From: Octopus sinensis
Taxonomy: Eukaryota
Direction of reading: 5' to 3'
DNA: 64,000 nt
NCBI RefSeq assembly: GCF_006345805.1
Contig: NC_043003.1
Span: forward strand, 75,144,001 to 75,208,000
Position 1 is the stretch's first letter. Each line of letters opens with the position of its first letter. A model generated the notes under the pieces. The model saw only the letters and a list, made by a program, of their open reading frames with translations. It was not told the DNA's origin and searched no databases. Below are positions 56,801 to 64,000 of this stretch, one piece after another. A program made the translations under genes and the position numbers.

Positions 56801-59800
56801 TCACGATAGAGTAAGCTTCTCTGATCATAACTAATGTGCTGAACAAGAGACCATATCGGATATATATATAAACTTATAAGTGCAATTTTCCGTACGTGTT
56901 CGCCTAGATTCCTGCCTTTTATAAGACCAGTGTCTTGTGGTTCAACGCAACAAACTGCGTACATTTGCAATCAGAGTGAGCCGAATAGTATTTCTATGCA
57001 AATCTTTCTTCCACCAACGTGCAACAGAAATTCAGACTACTCCATCGAAACTTTACCTGTTACATTTAGAAGAATTGCGAACTATCAAGGATAACAATGG
57101 AAATAGGGGTATAGGGAGAAAATACGATGGATATTATTTTGAGAAATATATTAACTTATTCAGAAATCGTATGAAAAGCAATGAGTATTATTAACTTAAA
57201 ACTTGATTACCATTTAAATAAGATCTGGCTGCAGAGCACATTAAATATTAGTTTGAGTAAATATGTATCAGCGTTGCAATTTTGTTATAGTTCACATCAT
57301 TTCCCCGAAGACGCAAAGTAATTTCTACGTGCCGATATCCGAGTACAAATGATGCGAAACAAGACTGGATAAGAGAAATTATATATCAAATAATCCAATC
57401 TCAAACCAGAATAAGCGAAAGTTGGATTTCACCCAAAACGTGAGAAAATATCTCGGTAAAATTTAGAATCGATATAACTAGGATGAAGTTTGATAAAGGA
57501 TATGTTAGAAAAGTAGTTGTATGAAGGATTTAGAAGATCGAGTGCAGTAATTTCTATTAAGAACATATACCCACATGATAAATATTAATTTTGTCTCGTT
57601 GTATGAGTTCACCAAGGCTGTCTCTATTTAAGCCAAATGCCGAACAGCACTTCGCAGAAAACTCTCTAAATATCAATCCGTAGTCGGAGATTTAACTAGA
57701 AGTACATATAGTATATATATAAACGTATGACTGTCTCTATGTATGTAAGTATGTTTGTATCTATGTACACACAGACACTCACACACACGCATAATCACAC
57801 ACACACACGCAATAAGGTGCTGAAAAGTCCCTGGCTTTAGCTAAAAATGTCTATGATTTTGTCCCTATTGGATTGCCCTGTAACATTTCTGTATATTCAT
57901 TTCAACAATATTTTAAACTTTAAATATTATATATCCTCAATGTCTGAGTATTTATTTTATATACAGAATGCAACAAATAGAGACATAAAGCTATCTATGC
58001 AACAAATGCTGAGTCAGTAGCCTCAGTTATCGAAGCCTATCTTGAGAGGATCACGATAATGATAATACAGAATTTCTTCAAGAGTCTTCATACAAGTTAC
58101 AGTAACGAAATCTCATTTAACGATAAGGTTAGGCAAATGCATTGTCTCTTAACATGTATAGGGGTTTGCAGTTACTAGTATTTGTCGCGTTTCTTGCATA
58201 TATATACAAGCTAAATTCTTCATGTGCCAATCTGTTGTTCAAAATATAATAGTATGTTGACATGATATAAAAATTGGCCAAATGCTACTTTTATCGTAGA
58301 GACGAAAAACAATTAAAAAACAATTACTAACATATATTGACATAATGAAAAATATCTGTATTCCGAAAAGAAAAACGTTAACGAAATCACGGAAGCCAGT
58401 GCAATTAATATGAGAATCTAAACATCAACACAAAATACTAGGTGTGTTGTAGGTTGGGCGGTAGGTATGATCCATTAGACTCATATGTATGTACAAAATC
58501 AATTATACTAATTTCTTAATGCATCGCATTTATACGTCCGGCATTACAAAAGCAGTACTAAAAATAACAGTATAGTAAAAATATGGCAGCCCATAAATGC
58601 TTCCTCTGACAACAAGTATTCAATAATACAGCTTTAAATGTAATTTTATAGCAATTAGTTTTAAAGGTAATTTGCAGAACGAAGCGAACGGTTTTTCTTT
58701 TTTTTCTCTCTTCTATGATTTTTTTGTTTTTTGTTTCAGTTACTGCTGTAGACAGATAAGGAGAAATAGCACATCATATAGGGAAAAACAGAAAAATGAC
58801 TTAAATACAACATTAAATATATTTAAGTGCTGCCCGCGTCTGTGTATATATGCATGAGTATGTGTGTGTAAGTTTACACGCTTACATATATGGATATCTA
58901 ATCATATATATACAAACACACACACATATGTGTATGTCTGTGAATCTGTGTGTCTGGTGTCTGTGTATCTGTGTGTGTATGTGTATGGATACATTGTGTA
59001 TGAGAGTAGAGTTCTTAGTAAAAAATGAAAACGTAATAACATAGTGACCAAGCAAACTGAAACGTTCTAAAACATAGCATAAGGAATAATGTTAACCGAG
59101 CACATTCAGCAATAAAGATATTCTTAAAGATTTACTGAAAAGTCAAAAAGATGGAAATATACTTAGTCCTACACAATGATACATATCCAAGCTGTAGTGA
59201 ACTTAGTACTGTAATATCACGTAAAAATAATTAAGTAAATAGTTAATGTTAATTCCATTTCGTATCAGTAATTATGTATACAGCTACAATGAATTATGAC
59301 GCAACATTTCAACATAAATAACTGACATGCAATAAACAGCAGCCAAATATCCCTTAAATAACATACTACTATTTTAAAATCGCTTAACAAATAATCCTGC
59401 ATATACTTTATCTGAAAACATGTACAGCATGGCAAGTTGTTCATAGATTTGAGGCTGCAAGTTTGATATAGTGCAAAATTAGTCAGATTAACGTTCACTT
59501 AACTATCGGCAACCCTTATTAAACACATGAATGACTATAAGACTATGTAAGAATATATCATGCCACGTACATATAAGAATTTCAGGTAGTTATTTTTGTC
59601 AGTACTGAAAGTATCAAGGTGAAATGTAGACATAAAACCCTATGGACAACTGATGTTATATACTACCTGGAATTGTGTGAGGGTAGGCTAGGTCTCATGT
59701 GGTATATCTACATCATCTGTAACGAAGGGATTCTATTACATTTCCAGAATGCCCCTCTCCTCTTCACAATAACGTCGGTCATGTGCGTACCGGTGAGTTA

Positions 59801-59874
59801 TACACGAAGGCAAACCTGGTTCCACAACATGGGAAGGTTTTTAAGAAGTCATCGAAAGATGCAAGACAGAGACT

Positions 59875-60070
59875 AAGGCGGTGAGATGGCAGAAACGTTA
59901 GCACGCCGGGCGAAATGCCTATCAGTATTTCGTCTGCCGTTAGGTTCTGAGTTCAAATTCCGCCAAGGTCGACTTTGCCTTTCATCCTTTCGGAGTCGAT
60001 AAATTAAGTACCAGTTGTCTGTCCTTCTTTGTTCCCTCTAAATTTAGCCTCTTGAGGGCAATAAAGAAAT
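59875..60070 (+). mobile_element. tRNA-derived SINE (family B)
   Basis: AAGGCGGTGAGATGGCAGAAACGTTAGCACGCCGGGCGAAATG...GAGTTCAAATTCCGCCAAGGTCGACTTTGCC. Confidence 0.85.
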
Positions 60071-60240
60071 TAGACTGGGATGTGGACTTACACTTTTTTC
60101 CTACGCAATATGAAGAACATATATCGCGTGTATTTTCATTAAACTCACTTACTATCATACACGATCAGTAAATTGTAATATTATTATATGATATTATGAT
60201 AGTTTTATGTGTAGCAACTTGTTACGTTTTATTGTTTCTA

Positions 60241-60340
60241 TATACACACAATCTCTTGCGCACACACACATATACACACAATCTCTTGCGCACACACACA
60301 TATACACACAATCTCTTGCGCACACACACATATACACACA
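60241..60340. repeat. 30-bp minisatellite, 3.3 exact copies
   Basis: TATACACACAATCTCTTGCGCACACACACA repeated. Confidence 0.95.
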
Positions 60341-61246
60341 TACGTAATAACATAAATACACACGCTAACACACATGTACATACATTATATATGTGTGTGT
60401 GTATATATACATATATATATAGAGAGAGAGAGTGAGAGACAGACAGAGAGTAAAAAAGAAAGAAAGAAAGATAAATTGATAGATAGATAGATGGATGGAT
60501 GGGTAGATAGATACATGAATGTATAAAGACATCTACCAATGCTTATACACCCATAAACCTATGCACATATCTTTCTTTTACTTTTCTTTTCATAATATAT
60601 AAAGAGCAGGTGAATGTTTTTTAAATTACATCGTTAAATGACTAATCTTTAATGGAAGGTTTATATACTGTTTTCAATAGAATACTATTGACGAAGGAGA
60701 AAAGGTGTGTACGACTGTCACGCAACGGTCAACAAATCACTCACTATCCACAGGGGCGAAATACTGTCTCTTTCTACACATCGAAAAATGCGTTTAACCC
60801 TTATTTATATTGTCTCACATCAATATTTGCAATATTTTGTTCTATTCCTATACCTACAACATTCATTGTTCATTATTTATATTTGTATGTATGTACGTAT
60901 CAATTTATATATCTATCTATCTACTCTATCTATCTCTGTCGTGTATGTGTGTATACATGATATATGTACGTATAAATAGATGTATATGCACTACATAAAA
61001 TGTTCATACACCTCTGTGTTCATGTGTGTGTGTGTGTGTGTGCGTGTCTTTTCGTCTGAGTCTCTGTATGTATGGTTGATCTCAAAATGGAAAGATATAC
61101 GCTTGCTACTTTTATTGGCTGTCTATAACTTTGTAGATTATAAGATTGCTAATGTCGCCTCTTTTAATAGTTTCATCCAATACTACTATTGCTTCGATAT
61201 AATAACTTTGTCCTGTGATCTGTCATTAACTAGTTGAATATATATG

Positions 61247-61310
<64 letters not shown>

Positions 61311-61849
61311 ATATATATATGAACACATACAAACACACCTTCTTACATACACTCACATATGTGTGTGATATAGGTAGTTATATTTACAAATATGAAAATA
61401 TATATAAAAGAGAATCATACGTACATAGTAAGCACTTTTGTGCACAGAATTATTCTCCCAACATAAAATGCTATTTCCAACTATCGTCTATCTCGAGTTT
61501 TATATCCTAGAGCAATTTCTGGCCATAAATATAATTCAGCGATGCACAGCAATATCAGAATATTTATCTCGAATGCGCCAAAAGGTAATCACCTTACATT
61601 AAGTATATATGCAATATCTGGTGTATTATATATTTACTATTACTCTGTATACACTTACACTTCAACAGATATGTAAACACCGAAGAATATGCGTACACAC
61701 ACACGCGTAACATGCGAATGTAGTTACCTTTTACATAGCAACGAGGTGAAGTATCATATATAAACTGAGATAATACTGTGTTAGACGTAGAATAACGAGT
61801 CCCTCTCATATTCGTACTATTTCTTATATCATCCATCAACCATAGATTA

Positions 61850-62330
61850 GCAAAGGATGAATAATCAAGAAGTGACATGAAGGACTCGTGGGTTTCATTA
61901 TTATGAAGCAGTTCTACTGATATAGATATGTCTTTGGATGAATTTAGCAGAGCCTGAACAGGTTGCATATTTTGTATTGAGAAGAGGTACATCAAAACTA
62001 GAAGGGTACTGACCAACAAACATGAACAGCGATGCCGAAGGAATCTATGTGAGACAAAATTTGGAAGATATCAACCACATCTTTAGCAGTCACACCAATA
62101 TATCTACGAGATACTACCTGCCGCTGAGGTATGATAGAGTTGCAAAGACTAATTACAACGCTATCTGCTGGAAAGATTGCCCCCACGTATATATCAAAGG
62201 CATGTCAGAATCAACATGTATTCACAAGTTTAAAAACAAGAAATACTGGTGGAACTCTCCAATACAAAACATCAATTCGGAGTATTGAATATGACATCAA
62301 GTCCAGGAAAAAGAGAGGCTCTATAGTGAA
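61850..62330 (+). mobile_element. Old R4/Dong-like RT remnant
   Basis: Weak ILP..E...SCKD.L and IK..KRG motifs. Confidence 0.3.
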
Positions 62331-63308
62331 TTATTCAAGAACTCACAGCACCTGCATCCTAACTGTAAATTTTTATTTTTACCTATTATATGTGCATTAG
62401 TCTGTCTACCTACAAACTAACACAAAACTGAAAAACACTAAGTATTTCTACGAAAGAGCTGCAGAAACTAACGTAGGTTCCCCAAATACAGTCTATTTAT
62501 AAGACTTTCCATCGATCATCCGTCTGAGAATTTTTTAGAGAAAAGGGGCACACAGGTGTGTGTGCATCGAGGACCCAACCAAATATTTACAAATACAGGG
62601 AACTCTCTAACCGGAAAGAGTCCTGTCACTTTGTTTGTGGGCTACTTGAACCCCTCTCTTAAAAATTCTAAACGAAAACGCATATACACATACATACATA
62701 CACAACGTATAAAGCATACTCACTTTTATATGCATATGTATAATACTAATTCGACTTTTAAACTTAATCTGATCTCATTTTATACCTCATGATATATATC
62801 TAATACAATGAAAAACAATATAACAAGAATATTTCAATATAACTGCAATGTTTCGATATAACAGCAGTATTTCAATCGCACATTATGCAGTTCTTCATTG
62901 CTTGCGCTCTGTTTTCAGCATACCTATAACGTTTCATTTTTTTTTCTTGTTATTGGAGATTTAACAATGAGAGAGCTATGTATTTGTCTGAAAAAGAAAA
63001 ACACGACATTTTATATCTTCAGCGGTTTTGCACAAAAAAGTTGATCACCGTGAAATAATATGACTTCAATTCAGTGCATATTTGAAGGGAATAAATGGAA
63101 ATATGTTTTTACACACACATACACATACACACACAGACACAAATAAATAATTTGGACAAATAAGCATAAGTTGATTAGTTTGTTTAAATGTTGAGAAGAT
63201 CACCAGCATAATTTAGGCCACCTGTTGTCATCCGCAGATGGGGTAGTACACCTCCGTTGGATCTACTGCAGGAACACCGCAACGACAGTTAGAGTAATAG
63301 TATTATTT

Positions 63309-63527
63309 AATAGTAGGATATGGATTTCGTGTTAGACTTTTATTAGGTACAACATTTGTTTCGACCTATCAATCTGGTTTTCTTCAGGTACATTGATAAA
63401 GATGTCTCACGAGAGATTTTTAGTGCCATCTGGATTGTTATTATATGCATGAAGAGACCCAGACTGATGGCTCGAAACATATATTGTACCTAATGAAAGT
63501 CTAATACGAAATCTATCTCCTACTATT
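63309..63527. repeat. Inverted pair of Penelope-like terminal repeats, each with a degenerate HHR
   Basis: Arms 63309-63388 and 63449-63527; HHR-like motifs at 63347-63391 (-) and 63445-63489 (+). Confidence 0.7.
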
Positions 63528-63563
63528 GACACTATACACGCACACATATGCATATATAAATGG

Positions 63564-63684
<121 letters not shown>

Positions 63685-64000
63685 TACAGAGATAGAGAGA
63701 GAGAGAGCGATCAAGGGAGAGGGTGTGAGATAGATAGATAGACAGTGTAGCTGATACGTAGTTTTAACAAAGTAATTGATGTATCAGGACATCCAGAAAC
63801 AATTGCAATAACACAATTATAAGCAATTACTGATTTAAAGCATTCTGTATATCCATATTTGATATAGTTAAATGATTGGAAGTTAAAAAAAAACGTCATA
63901 AATATCACTGCACAGAAACTAGGTGTAAATGATTAACAAACCATAAACGAGAAATATAAGGAATTATTATGTTTCATGGATAAACACATCTATTATTCGT

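Overview
AT-rich, microsatellite-dense animal genomic DNA, probably intronic or intergenic. An octopod cephalopod is inferred from the SINE families and repeat landscape; this was not confirmed by a search. No intact host gene, rRNA, true tRNA gene or CRISPR array is supported, and most ORFs in the track are microsatellite or satellite read-through. The window is a layered transposon graveyard: R4/Dong-like, Tx1, RTE and CR1 LINE pieces, Gypsy and BEL remnants, Penelope-like pieces, several tRNA-derived SINEs, MITEs/foldbacks, and a Buster-type hAT element with intact ends and a perfect 8-bp TSD. The main signal is a set of type I hammerhead ribozymes (HHRs). A young 353-bp tandem repeat at 38.3-39.4 kb has three identical, fully canonical HHRs and looks like a non-LTR retrozyme, with one inverted copy. 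A second intact HHR with a long stem II lies at 17.5 kb. A tRNA-headed SINE with an HHR-like tail lies at 14.2/16.4 kb, and degenerate HHRs occur at 53.8 and 63.4 kb. All alignments and folds were done by eye.
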